This document shows positions 25,126 to 33,926 of a stretch of DNA of 35,922 nt, one piece after another. Numbering within the stretch: the stretch's first letter is position 1; each line of letters starts with the position of its first letter. Below the pieces are notes generated by a model. The model did not search any database, was not told where the DNA came from, and was given only the letters and a program-made list of their open reading frames with translations. This DNA comes from Ardenticatenaceae bacterium (GTDB taxonomy: Bacteria > Chloroflexota > Anaerolineae > Ardenticatenales > Ardenticatenaceae), in contig DASVVH010000213.1 in NCBI GenBank assembly GCA_036386615.1, positions 1 through 35,922 on the forward strand, in the 5' to 3' direction. The translations under genes and the position numbers were made by a program.

Positions 25126-28100
25126 TCAATTTGCATTTTGAATGTTTGATGGCTGCATTCGCACGCCGTCGGCGAGGAAGGCGGTGGCCTGCTCGGCGGG
25201 CAGGGGCTTGCTGAAGAGATAGCCCTGCATCTCGTTGCAGGCGAGGGAGCGGAGGAAGGCTAGCTGCGCCTCGGTCTCCACGCCTTCCGCGACGACGCGG
25301 AGTTTCAGGCTGTGGGCCATCGCGACGACAGCGCGAACGATGGCGGCGTCGTTGGCATCCTCGTGAATGTCGCGGATGAAGGAGCGGTCAATCTTCAGGG
25401 TGTCCACCGCGAACCGCTTGAGGTAGTTCAGGGAGGAGTGGCCCGTGCCGAAGTCGTCAATGGAGAGGTGGACGCCAAGTTCTTTTAGGTTCCGCAGGTG
25501 GCTGGCCGTGCGGTCCAGGTCGCGCATGATGGTGTTCTCGGTAATCTCCAACTCCAGGAAGGCGGGTTGGAGGCCAGTGTCGAGCAGGATTTCGGCGATG
25601 CACTGGTCAAGGTCCGCCTGCTGGAACTGCCGCGCCGAGAGGTTGACCGCCACGCGCAGGGTCGAGTAGCCCGCCGCCTGCCAGGCGCGGTGCTGCTCGC
25701 AGGCGGCCCGGAGCACCCACTCGCCGATGGGCACAATCAGGCCCGTCTCCTCGGCGAGGCCAATCCACTGGTTAGGCGTCAGGAAGCCCAGCTCCGGGTG
25801 CTGCCAGCGTAGCAGCGCCTCCATGCCAAGAATCTCGCCCGTCTCGGCGTGAACCTGCGGCTGGTAGTAGACCTGGAACTCGCCACGCTCCAGCGCGCGG
25901 CGCATGGCGTTCTCCAGCGTGAGGCGGCGGACAGCGGTGGCGTTCATGGCAGGCGCGTAGAGTTGGTAGGCGTTCCGCCCCTGCTCTTTGGCGCGGTACA
26001 TGGCAAGCTCGGCGTTGCGCGTCAATATCTCCGGGTCGCGCCCATCCGCCGGGTGAACGCTGATGCCGATGCTAGGCGTGACGTAGAGTTCGTGGCCGCC
26101 AATCGAGAAGAGAGGGGCCAGGGCGTTCAGGATTTTCTGGGCGACCTTGGTGGAGGCTTGAGCATCTTCGAGGTCGAGCAGGACGACACCGAACTCGTCG
26201 CCGCCGAGGCGCGCGATGGTATCGCCCTCGCGGACGCAGGTGGCGAGGCGCTGGGCAACCGCTTTGAGCAGTTCGTCGCCGACGCCGTGCCCCAGAGTGT
26301 CGTTGATGATTTTGAAGCGGTCCAGGTCCATGTAGAAGACGGCGACCATCGAGCCGCGCCGCCGGGCCTGCGGCAGCGCCTGCGCCAGCCGGTCCTGGAA
26401 GAGAAGGCGATTGGGGAGGTCGGTCAGGGGGTCATGGTACGCCTGATGTTGAATCCTCGCCTCGGCCTCGCGCTGCCGCGTCACGTCGCGCACGATGGTG
26501 AGGACTTCTTCCGGCCCACTGGCGACGACGCGCGCCTCGTATTGATGCGTGCCGGACGGTTCCGGCAGTTCGTACTCCACCGCCTGCATCTCGCCCGTAT
26601 CGAGCGCGCGCCGGATGGCGGAAAGCGCGGTGGCGGCAATCTCCGGCGGCATAATGTCGCTGAGATGCCGCCCCGCGAGGTCCACGCCCTCGCCTGGGGT
26701 TCTGGAGTCCAGATAGACACCATCCTGCGTCAGGCGGAACATGAGGTCGGGCGTGGCCTCCAGCATCGCCCGATTGCGCCCCTCGCTCTGCTGCAACTCC
26801 GCGAGTGCCCGCTCACGTTGGACGGCCCCGCCAATCGTAGCGGCCACCGCGACGAGGATGGACTCTTCGTACGGACTCCAGACACGCTCCTCGTGGCAAT
26901 CGTCAAAGCCGATGAAACCCCATGTCTCGCCCTCGATGCGGATAGGCGCGCCCAGGATTGAGAGAATCTTCTGCGGCTCCAGAAGCACGCGCTCGCTGGG
27001 GGGGAGGTCGCGCACGAGGCCGCTGATGGGCTTGCCCGCGTCGAAGGTCTCCGCCCAGCGCATCAGGCCAAGGTCCTCGATGTCGAGGTTTTGCAGGTCG
27101 GGATTGTTGATTTGCGCCTCGACGGAGTCGCTCGCCCACTCGAAGCGTTGGCTGGCAGCAGGCTTGCCCGACAGGGGGTGAGGATGGAGTTGGAAGAGGT
27201 AAACGCGGTCCACTCGCGCGGCCTGACCCAGTGTTGCCAGGGCGCGTTCCATCGCCTGCTCGAAGTTGTGGTTCGTCAGGAGGGCACGCGTGGCGGTGGC
27301 GACCCCTTGCAGAAGGCTTTCCTGCGCCTGAAGCTCGACCTCGGCCTGCTTGCGCGCGGTCACATCGCTGACGACGCCGTAGACTGTGCAGATGCCGGTC
27401 TGGCCGTCACGCTCCACGCGGGCACTGTCGCGCACCCAGATGAGCCGCCCGTCCGCGTGGCGCATCCGGTACTCTATCTCGCCGCTCTCGCCCCGGCCAA
27501 GCCGCTCCAGTTGGGCGTCCGCGAGGGCACGGTCGTCGGGGTGAACGAGGGAGGGCCAGAACGCCCAGTCCTCTATGAACCTCTCGACCGGATAGCCAAT
27601 TAGCTCTTTAGTGTGTGGCGAAAGGTAGAGCTTGGTCCACTCACCGCCGGGACCGCGCCGCGTGACGTAGATGTAATCGGTAATCGAAGAGACAATCTGG
27701 TCGAGCCGTTCCTGACTGTCGTGAAGCGCTCGTTCGGTGGCTCTGTGCTGGGTGGTGTCCTCGACAATGACTACGAAGTATTCGGGTTCGCCGGAGAGCG
27801 TCCGCGCGAGGGAGAGGGTTACGGCCCCATAGACGATGTGGCCCTGTTTATGGACGTACCGTTTCTCCCAGACGCGGGTCTCCACGTCGCCCGCGAGAAC
27901 GGAGCCGATGATGGCGAAGGAGCTCTTCAAATCCTGCTCCGGGGTTAGCTCCTGAAAGGAGCGGCCCAGGAGTTCTTCGGAGCTGTAGCCTACGAAGTCG
28001 CAGAAATACTGGTTGACGTGCAGGTAGCGCCCATCCAGGCTGAGGCGGGCGAGGCCAACCGCCGCGTGCTCGAAGGTCTCCTCAAGCTGGTGCTCACTCT

Positions 28101-28362
28101 TACTGAGCGCCCGCGAGGAGCTTTGCAGCCGCCAGGTGTAGCGGGAGAGAACGACGTGTAGCAGAAGGGCGGTGACGAGGACAAAGAGCCAGCCCTTGAT
28201 GGTTTGCAGCCGCGCGAAGGTGGCGGGGTCGGTGGTGAAACGCGCCAGCAGCCTGTCGGAGAAGAGAATCCAGAGAAGGCCAGCCAGCACGTAATAGAGG
28301 GTGGTAATCCCGAAAGCGGAGTGCAGGATGGATTTCCCATTGGGTTGGGTCTGCTTGTTCAT
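25126..28362 (-). CDS. Membrane-anchored c-di-GMP signalling protein: TM, PAS, PAS, GAF, PAS, GGDEF, EAL
   Basis: An intact GGDEF motif (ARLGGDEFGVV) has an RxxD (REGD) five residues upstream. EAL motifs are intact (EALLRW, DDFGTGHSSL). GGGGA lies upstream of the ATG. Confidence 0.93.
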   Translation of the reverse strand: MNKQTQPNGKSILHSAFGITTLYYVLAGLLWILFSDRLLARFTTDPATFARLQTIKGWLFVLVTALLLHVVLSRYTWRLQSSSRALSKSEHQLEETFEHAAVGLARLSLDGRYLHVNQYFCDFVGYSSEELLGRSFQELTPEQDLKSSFAIIGSVLAGDVETRVWEKRYVHKQGHIVYGAVTLSLARTLSGEPEYFVVIVEDTTQHRATERALHDSQERLDQIVSSITDYIYVTRRGPGGEWTKLYLSPHTKELIGYPVERFIEDWAFWPSLVHPDDRALADAQLERLGRGESGEIEYRMRHADGRLIWVRDSARVERDGQTGICTVYGVVSDVTARKQAEVELQAQESLLQGVATATRALLTNHNFEQAMERALATLGQAARVDRVYLFQLHPHPLSGKPAASQRFEWASDSVEAQINNPDLQNLDIEDLGLMRWAETFDAGKPISGLVRDLPPSERVLLEPQKILSILGAPIRIEGETWGFIGFDDCHEERVWSPYEESILVAVAATIGGAVQRERALAELQQSEGRNRAMLEATPDLMFRLTQDGVYLDSRTPGEGVDLAGRHLSDIMPPEIAATALSAIRRALDTGEMQAVEYELPEPSGTHQYEARVVASGPEEVLTIVRDVTRQREAEARIQHQAYHDPLTDLPNRLLFQDRLAQALPQARRRGSMVAVFYMDLDRFKIINDTLGHGVGDELLKAVAQRLATCVREGDTIARLGGDEFGVVLLDLEDAQASTKVAQKILNALAPLFSIGGHELYVTPSIGISVHPADGRDPEILTRNAELAMYRAKEQGRNAYQLYAPAMNATAVRRLTLENAMRRALERGEFQVYYQPQVHAETGEILGMEALLRWQHPELGFLTPNQWIGLAEETGLIVPIGEWVLRAACEQHRAWQAAGYSTLRVAVNLSARQFQQADLDQCIAEILLDTGLQPAFLELEITENTIMRDLDRTASHLRNLKELGVHLSIDDFGTGHSSLNYLKRFAVDTLKIDRSFIRDIHEDANDAAIVRAVVAMAHSLKLRVVAEGVETEAQLAFLRSLACNEMQGYLFSKPLPAEQATAFLADGVRMQPSNIQNAN

Positions 28363-28740
28363 CTCTCATCCCCGACTGACCAGCTAGAATGTTAAAGTAA
28401 GGTGCCTAAAAGTGACGGAAGCTCACCTGTACATCAATGGGCCTAAAGTACTACCGGAGCGGCGAAGGTGGTCGGTAATGGCTCTATATGAAGCTGGAAA
28501 TCGCTTATTTCAGCACGCTGGCGAGAGGGCGAAGCAGGCGGTGTTCAGAGTAAAGGCGGGCCAGAGCGCCGGAAAATATGTACATTTCTTGACATTGATT
28601 TTATGGGTTCAGATGGGGCAGGTTGGAGTAAGGGACGATGGATTGCCCGGCTGCTTTAAAGCTGGCATCTTCTACATCTACAGGAAGCATAACCCGTGCC
28701 ATCTTATTAGAAGATTGAATAGGGGAGTCGGGGGTGTTGG

Positions 28741-28779
28741 ACAAAATAGAGCGCCCACGCTTAACCAGCGTGGACGCTC
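28741..28779 (-). terminator. Terminator-like hairpin downstream of brnA
   Basis: gagcgcccacgc (28749-28760) pairs with gcgtggacgctc (28768-28779), with one mismatch. On the minus strand it is followed by tattttgt. Confidence 0.55.
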
Positions 28780-28858
28780 CGATTAGCTACCGCGTGAGCG
28801 CAAGAAGCGCGTTCGCTACAATCCATTGTGCGGCGCAATCCGAGTCTGTTGAGACCCG

Positions 28859-29095
28859 TTATGATGCACCTGATGCGCTGGCTTCGCGGCGTGGAACCTG
28901 TGCAAGCTGAATAACGAGGCGTAATGCCTCGTTGACTGCTTCATCGTTCGGGAATGCCGCCGCCAATTCTGGCTCTAGCACAACTATATTCCGTCCCTGC
29001 CGCCGCGCGGGGTCGTATCGGCCTTTCGGCCTAATTGGTAGCTGCGAGAGATCATACTCTTCCCGCAGGTCATAGTTATCAGAGTCCTTCATCAT
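28859..29095 (-). CDS. brnA: BrnA-like antitoxin
   Basis: A 78-aa protein, MMKDSDNYDLREEYDLSQL...IVVLEPELAAAFPNDEAVNEALRLVIQ, which follows the pattern of antitoxins paired with DUF497 toxins. Its ATG overlaps the toxin 3' end by 17 nt. Confidence 0.75.
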   Translation of the reverse strand: MMKDSDNYDLREEYDLSQLPIRPKGRYDPARRQGRNIVVLEPELAAAFPNDEAVNEALRLVIQLAQVPRREASASGAS

Positions 29096-29360
29096 AAAAT
29101 CCTCGCTCCTGGCTGGTCGCCTTACGGGCACTGATAATTCGGATGCCTGTCTCATCATCAGTATGGGCGACAAGCAACAGTCGGTTACGGTCAGACATCC
29201 CGATTGTGATGAACCGCTCTTCGTCCGATGAATGTTCTTCATCATAGAATGAGATGAACAGTGGGTCATTGAAGACTGAGCGGGCTTCTTCAAAGCTTAT
29301 CTTGTGCTTCTGGAGATTTGCTGCTGCTTTACCTTCATCCCAATCGAAAGTCTGGTTCAT
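29079..29360 (-). CDS. brnT: BrnT-family (DUF497) ribonuclease toxin
   Basis: FDWDEGKAAANLQKHKISFEEARSVFNDP...EERFITIG...LLLVAHTD...IRIISARKATSQERGFY is the characteristic BrnT pattern. Confidence 0.88.
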   Translation of the reverse strand: MNQTFDWDEGKAAANLQKHKISFEEARSVFNDPLFISFYDEEHSSDEERFITIGMSDRNRLLLVAHTDDETGIRIISARKATSQERGFYDEGL

Positions 29361-29440
29361 AGAGTTGGCTCATTACGTTAGTGATTGAAGTGGGTAAATT
29401 GTACTCAAATATTTATGAGGAGTGAGCAGCTAACATCAGA

Positions 29441-29464
29441 CGCCCCGACCTATAGGCCGGGGCG
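29441..29464 (-). terminator. Hairpin downstream of korB
   Basis: cgccccgacc and ggccggggcg flank a tata loop, with one mismatch. The trailing T-tract on the minus strand is weak (tctgatgtt). Confidence 0.45.
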
Positions 29465-29487
29465 CTTCACTCGCTGTACAGGACACC

Positions 29488-30516
29488 CTACATCAACTCT
29501 TCCATCATGGCGTCGAAGCTGGCGCGGTTGGGCACCAGTTGCTCCTCCGGGAGGAGGGCGAGGGGCGTTTCCGGCAGGTCCAGCACGTCGTTCAGCGTCT
29601 GGCGGGACTCGTCGAAGTAGATGAGGCCCGTTACGAGGCGCTGCGCGGCGCGGGCGTCATCCAGCAACTTGAGGGCAGAGTGCTTGTTGGTGGGGTCGTA
29701 GCTCTCGTCCAGCTTCTGGAGGATGATGGTGGAGCCGTCGTGCATCGTCACCGGGAAAGTGGAGCCGGGATCGTACTCGACGGTGATTTCCTCAAAGCTG
29801 GGGACGAAGTGGATGTCGTGAATGGGGTGCTCGTTCTCTTTGCCGAAGGGGTAGGACTTGGTGCTGTCGGGCTGGTTGTTGAAGGTGACGCAGGGGCTGA
29901 TGATGTCGAGCACCGCCGTCCCCTCGTAGACCATCGCGGCCTTGAGCAGGGCGCGCACCTGCTTGGCGTCGCCCGCGAAGGAGCGCGCGACGAAGCCCGC
30001 CTCGGCGATGATGGCCTCCATGCAGAGGTCGATGGGCATGAACTCGTTGGTGCCCGCGTACTTCAGCTTCTGGTTCATGTCCGCCGTCGCGGAGAACTGC
30101 CCCTTGGTGAGGCCGTAGACACCGTTGTTCTCGATGATGTAGACCATGCGGACGTTGCGGCGCATGAGGTGCTTGAACTGGCCCAGGCCGATAGAGCCGG
30201 TGTCGCCGTCGCCGGAGACCGCGATGGGAAGCAGCGTGCGGTTCGCCACGCGCGCGCCCGTCGTGACGGAGGGCATGCGGCCATGCACGGAGTTGAAGCC
30301 GTGCGAGCGGCTCATGAAGTAGGCCGGACTCTTGGACGAGCAGCCGATGCCGCTCATCTTGATGACCTGATGCGGCGGCAGGGACATCTCGTAGGCGGCC
30401 ATGATGATGCCGCTCGTAATCGAGTCGTGGCCGCAGCCCTGGCAGAGCGTGGAGGGGTTGCCTTTGTACTCGGTGCGTTCGAGGCCAATCAGGTTGACGT
30501 TCGGGTTCGCCGCCAT
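29488..30516 (-). CDS. korB: 2-oxoacid (2-oxoglutarate):ferredoxin oxidoreductase beta subunit, TPP-binding
   Basis: The N-terminus reads CQGCGHDSI. The TPP motif is GDGDTGSIGLGQFKH...IENNGVYGLTKGQ. GGAG lies upstream of the ATG. Confidence 0.92.
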   Translation of the reverse strand: MAANPNVNLIGLERTEYKGNPSTLCQGCGHDSITSGIIMAAYEMSLPPHQVIKMSGIGCSSKSPAYFMSRSHGFNSVHGRMPSVTTGARVANRTLLPIAVSGDGDTGSIGLGQFKHLMRRNVRMVYIIENNGVYGLTKGQFSATADMNQKLKYAGTNEFMPIDLCMEAIIAEAGFVARSFAGDAKQVRALLKAAMVYEGTAVLDIISPCVTFNNQPDSTKSYPFGKENEHPIHDIHFVPSFEEITVEYDPGSTFPVTMHDGSTIILQKLDESYDPTNKHSALKLLDDARAAQRLVTGLIYFDESRQTLNDVLDLPETPLALLPEEQLVPNRASFDAMMEELM

Positions 30517-30517
30517 C

Positions 30518-32356
30518 TTACTGCTCCTTTTCCGTAAATGCTCTTACCACCCAGGCCGCCGTCAGGGGCAGGCCGTCGTTGTGATTCAGGGGAACGAAAC
30601 GGGTAGCCAGTTCGGGATGCTCCTGGCGCAGGAGGCCGCAGAGTTGGCCCGTGCTGTTCATCTCGACGACGTAGACGCGCTCGTACTGCTCGGCCCACTG
30701 GCTCACCTCCGGCGAGAGGGGGAGCGCGCGCACGCGCAGGTAGCCCGTCTGGACTCCCTCTTTCGCCAGCCTATCCTGCGCCTCGTGGACGGCGGCCTCG
30801 TTGGTGCCGACGGTGAGGAAGGCGACCCTTGCCCCTTCGGCGTGGTGGTCATTGATGATGGGCTTAGGAACGAAGGCGCGGGCGGTGTCGTGCTTGCGAA
30901 GCAGCCGCTCCATGTTCTGCTCCCAGTCGTCGGGCCGCTCGGAGTAGACGCCCCACTCGTTGTGCCCACTGCCGCGCGTGAAGTAGGCGGCCAGCGGGTG
31001 CTCCGTGCCGGGCAGCGTGCGGTAGGGCACGCCATCGCCATCCAAGTCCCGGTAGCGGCCCCAGCGCTGCTCCGCGAGACCGTCAAGGTCTTCCTTCGCC
31101 AGCACCTTGCCGCGCGCAAGCGGCTCCGTCGGGTAGTCGAACGGCTCGCTCATCCACTGGTTCATGCCCAGGTCCAGGTCGGAGAGGACGAGAACGAGGG
31201 TCTGGAACTGCTCGGAGAGGTCGAGCGCGGCGATGCCGAAGTCGAAACACTCCTTGATGTTGCCGGGGAAGAGGACGATGTGCTTGGTGTCGCCGTGGCT
31301 GAGCGTGTAGGCAAAGGTGATGTCGCCCTGCGAGACGCGGGTGGGGAGGCCCGTGCTCGGCCCCATGCGCTGGATGTCCCAGATGACGGCGGGCACCTCG
31401 GCGTAGAAGGAGAAGCCCGCGAACTCGGCCATAAGCGAGATGCCGGGGCCGGAGGTGCTGGTGATGGCGCGCGCGCCCGCCCAACTCGCGCCGAGCACCA
31501 TGCCGATGGCGGCCAGTTCGTCTTCCGCCTGAATGACGGCGTAGGTGGGCTTGCCGTCTTCGGTGTGGCGGAGCTTCGGCAGCCAGTCGTTCAGCCCGTC
31601 GGCGAAGGAGGTGGCGGGAGTGATGGGATACCACGCGACGACGCTCACGCCGCCGTAGATGGAGCCAATCGCGCCCGCCGTGTTGCCGTCGAGCAGCATC
31701 AGCCCCTCGGTGAGGTTGCGGCGCTCGACGCGGTAGGGGTCCTGCTTCTGAAGGTTCTCGCGCACCCAGGCGATTGCCATGTCCGCGACACCCATGTTCA
31801 ACTCGACAGGCTTCATCTTCCCGTTGAAGTGGCGGACCAGCGCGTTCTTCACCTCGTCGTACTCGATGCCCAGCAGTTCGATGAGCGCGCCGACGTAGGC
31901 CATGTTCGCCACGTAGTCACGAAGGTTGAAGGGCGCGCCCGACGCCTTGACGAACTCCTTGACGGGAATGCCGTAGTAGACAATATCCTCGCGCGACGCT
32001 TCAAAACCTTTCCAATCGAGAGGATAGATGCAGATGCCGCCGGAGGGCAGGGCCGCGATGTCCTCTTTCTGCGTCTTCTCGTTGTAGGCGACCAGAATCT
32101 CCACGCCCTCGCGCCGAGCGGTGTAGCCATCCTCGGAGATGCGGATGGTGTACCACGTCGGCAGGCCGGAGATGTTGGAGGGAAAGAGGTTCTTGCCCGT
32201 GACGGGAAGCCCCATCTTGAAGAGGGCGCGGATGATGGCGTTGTTCGCCGTCTGGCTGCCCGTGCCGTTGATGGTGGCAACGACGAGTGAGAAATCATTG
32301 ATGACTTCCTCACGGCTATGGATTAGCGGATTGCTCTGGAAGTCAATCACGCTCAT
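30518..32356 (-). CDS. korA: 2-oxoacid:ferredoxin oxidoreductase alpha subunit (fused gamma-alpha type)
   Basis: VVATINGTGSQTANNAIIRALFKMGLPVTGKNLFPSNISGLPTWY (gamma-like) is followed by GYPITPAT-type motifs (WYPITPATS). GGAGGAG lies upstream. The stop is 1 nt from the korB start. Confidence 0.92.
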   Translation of the reverse strand: MSVIDFQSNPLIHSREEVINDFSLVVATINGTGSQTANNAIIRALFKMGLPVTGKNLFPSNISGLPTWYTIRISEDGYTARREGVEILVAYNEKTQKEDIAALPSGGICIYPLDWKGFEASREDIVYYGIPVKEFVKASGAPFNLRDYVANMAYVGALIELLGIEYDEVKNALVRHFNGKMKPVELNMGVADMAIAWVRENLQKQDPYRVERRNLTEGLMLLDGNTAGAIGSIYGGVSVVAWYPITPATSFADGLNDWLPKLRHTEDGKPTYAVIQAEDELAAIGMVLGASWAGARAITSTSGPGISLMAEFAGFSFYAEVPAVIWDIQRMGPSTGLPTRVSQGDITFAYTLSHGDTKHIVLFPGNIKECFDFGIAALDLSEQFQTLVLVLSDLDLGMNQWMSEPFDYPTEPLARGKVLAKEDLDGLAEQRWGRYRDLDGDGVPYRTLPGTEHPLAAYFTRGSGHNEWGVYSERPDDWEQNMERLLRKHDTARAFVPKPIINDHHAEGARVAFLTVGTNEAAVHEAQDRLAKEGVQTGYLRVRALPLSPEVSQWAEQYERVYVVEMNSTGQLCGLLRQEHPELATRFVPLNHNDGLPLTAAWVVRAFTEKEQ

Positions 32357-32499
32357 ACGGTCTCCTCCTTCGTGGCGGCAGGTGGGTAGCGTGCCACCGT
32401 TTTCTAGTGAGCGGGTGGCTCCGCCGACAATGGGAAGCCACAGAGAATAGGGACAACCTTACATTGCTACTGGCCGGATTGGGTCCGGGCCGGGTGTAC

Positions 32500-32532
32500 A
32501 AAAAAGCCGGACGCCCTCGATTGGCGACCGGC
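32500..32532 (-). terminator. Intrinsic terminator or attenuator inside the korAB 5' leader
   Basis: The minus strand reads gccggtcgcc-aatcgag-ggcgtccggc followed by tttttt. The hairpin lies 143 nt upstream of the korA ATG. Confidence 0.6.
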
Positions 32533-32640
32533 CATGCAGTACAGCAGAGAGCAAGGGTTCAGGAATAGGTTTATTGCGAAACGAATTGGCTCGTATCTTC
32601 CCCAATCTACCCTCGTTGTGTGCATCCTTGCACTTTTGAC

Positions 32641-32669
32641 AGTATACCACGCGCCCCGCCTGCCGCCAA
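32641..32669 (-). promoter_or_regulatory. Sigma-70-like promoter with an extended -10 (TGgTATACT), directed toward korAB
   Basis: The minus strand reads TTGGCG, a 17-nt spacer ending in TGg, then TATACT. The -10 corresponds to plus-strand 32641-32646 and the -35 to 32664-32669. Confidence 0.5.
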
Positions 32670-32845
32670 TTTCTGGCCCCTTCCATCAAGAGGCCATGCA
32701 AAATCGGGGATTCATCTCCTTTCCAGAGCAAATGCCCTGCCAATGGCCCAAAGCTGTCGCGGCCCCATGATACAGTGGTCTCATAGAATGCGCTTTGTGT
32801 GCCTCAGCACCGTGCATGGTATTGAAGTAACCAGAAAATTGACTC

Positions 32846-32874
32846 TTCACATTATGTCTAATCCTTGGTATACT
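32846..32874 (+). promoter_or_regulatory. Sigma-70-like promoter with an extended -10 (TGgTATACT) for the 32941 gene and hpt
   Basis: TTCACA (32846-51), a 17-nt spacer ending in TGg, then TATACT (32869-74). It lies about 65 nt upstream of the GTG at 32941. Confidence 0.55.
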
Positions 32875-32940
32875 TTCTGCTAGGAAACTATGCAGGTTAC
32901 ACGTAGATAACGATACTGCTAGCTAGAAGGAGCGGGACGC

Positions 32941-33324
32941 GTGACCGAGAAACAGAACGCCCCACCCGACTTTGTGAACCCCGTCGAAGAAGAGTTCGCG
33001 CGACTCCTCGATTACTACGGAATCGAGTGGCAATACGAACCCCACACGTTCCCCCTCAGACGGAACGACGCAGGAGCCACTTTAGAAGCCTTCTCCCCCG
33101 ACTTTTTCCTCCCCCAGCAGAACCTCTACGTTGAACTGACCACCCTCCGCCCCCAACTCAACAGCCGCAAGAACCGCAAAATCCGCCTCATGAAAGAGCT
33201 TTACCCTGAGGTAAATGTGAAGCTCCTGAAGCGGCGCGAGGTGCGGAACCTGCTGTTGAAATACGGGCTGGACGACGCGGCGCAGGGCATTCTGGGCACC
33301 GAGGCCCAGACGAGCGAACCGTGA
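32941..33324 (+). CDS. Conserved-looking hypothetical protein with a possible PD-(D/E)xK-like nuclease-fold signature
   Basis: The GTG start has GGAG 8 nt upstream. The sequence EEEFARLLDYYGIEWQYEP...FSPDFFLP..NLYVELTT resembles the E...PD...ExK-type arrangement, although the third residue is T rather than K. Its stop overlaps the hpt start (GTGA). Confidence 0.6.
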   Translation: MTEKQNAPPDFVNPVEEEFARLLDYYGIEWQYEPHTFPLRRNDAGATLEAFSPDFFLPQQNLYVELTTLRPQLNSRKNRKIRLMKELYPEVNVKLLKRREVRNLLLKYGLDDAAQGILGTEAQTSEP

Positions 33325-33926
33325 AGTCATTCCCCCTTGAGGCTTACGACGAATACCGGGGGGACATCCGCGAGGTGCTTCTCACCGCCGAGGAGATAGA
33401 GCAGCGCGTCTGCGAGATAGGGGAGGCGATCTCGCGCGATTACGCGGGGCGCGTGCCGCTGCTGGTGGGGGTGCTGAAAGGGGTAGTGCCGTTCATGGCG
33501 GACCTGCTGCGGGCCATCACCATTCCCGTCGAGATGGATTTCATGGCCGTCGCCAGCTACTCGGCGGAGACGCGCAAGCACGGGGCGGTTCGCATCGAGA
33601 AAGACCTGGCAATCTCCGTCGCCGACCGCGACCTGCTCTTCGTGGAAGACGTGGTGGATACGGGGCTGACGCTGACCTACCTTCTGAACAACCTGCGGTC
33701 ACGCGGGCCTGCCAGCCTGGAGGTCTGCGCCCTCTTCGACCGCCCGCACCGTCGGCTGCTCGACATTCCGATGAAGTACCGGGGCTTCGAGCTACCTGAC
33801 CGCTTCGTGGTCGGCTACGGCCTGGACTACCGGGAACGGTACCGGAATCTCCCCTTCGTCGGCCTGCTCCAGCCTCACGTTCTACAGAATGGCAAGAACG
33901 GGAAGCATGGCTCGTCAAGTAACTGA
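33321..33926 (+). CDS. hpt: Hypoxanthine(-guanine) phosphoribosyltransferase
   Basis: The PRPP motif is LLFVEDVVDTGLTL, with VGVLKGVVPFMADL and FVVGYGLDY... also present. The start is GTG. Confidence 0.92.
   Translation: MKSFPLEAYDEYRGDIREVLLTAEEIEQRVCEIGEAISRDYAGRVPLLVGVLKGVVPFMADLLRAITIPVEMDFMAVASYSAETRKHGAVRIEKDLAISVADRDLLFVEDVVDTGLTLTYLLNNLRSRGPASLEVCALFDRPHRRLLDIPMKYRGFELPDRFVVGYGLDYRERYRNLPFVGLLQPHVLQNGKNGKHGSSSN

Noticed and set aside
28412-28786. A 124-aa plus-strand ORF in the gap between the GGDEF-EAL gene and brnA.
   Set aside because: It has a GTG start with no RBS, its sequence does not look protein-like, and it runs through a minus-strand terminator hairpin. I treat it as non-coding.
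30401-32290. A 629-aa plus-strand ORF antisense to korA. Similar long antisense ORFs occur at 7801-8976, 18707-20008, 25849-26961, 29539-30537, 6781-7614 and 35089-35916.
   Set aside because: All lie opposite genes with strong family signatures. All have Arg/Gly/Ala/Val-rich low-complexity translations and lack an RBS. They are GC-driven absence of stop codons, not genes.
32459-32743. A 94-aa minus-strand ORF in the korAB leader, and the overlapping plus-strand ORFs 32534-32770 and 32620-32883.
   Set aside because: The ORF spans the predicted promoter and reads through the intrinsic terminator hairpin. It has no RBS and unremarkable composition. The region is better explained as a structured leader.
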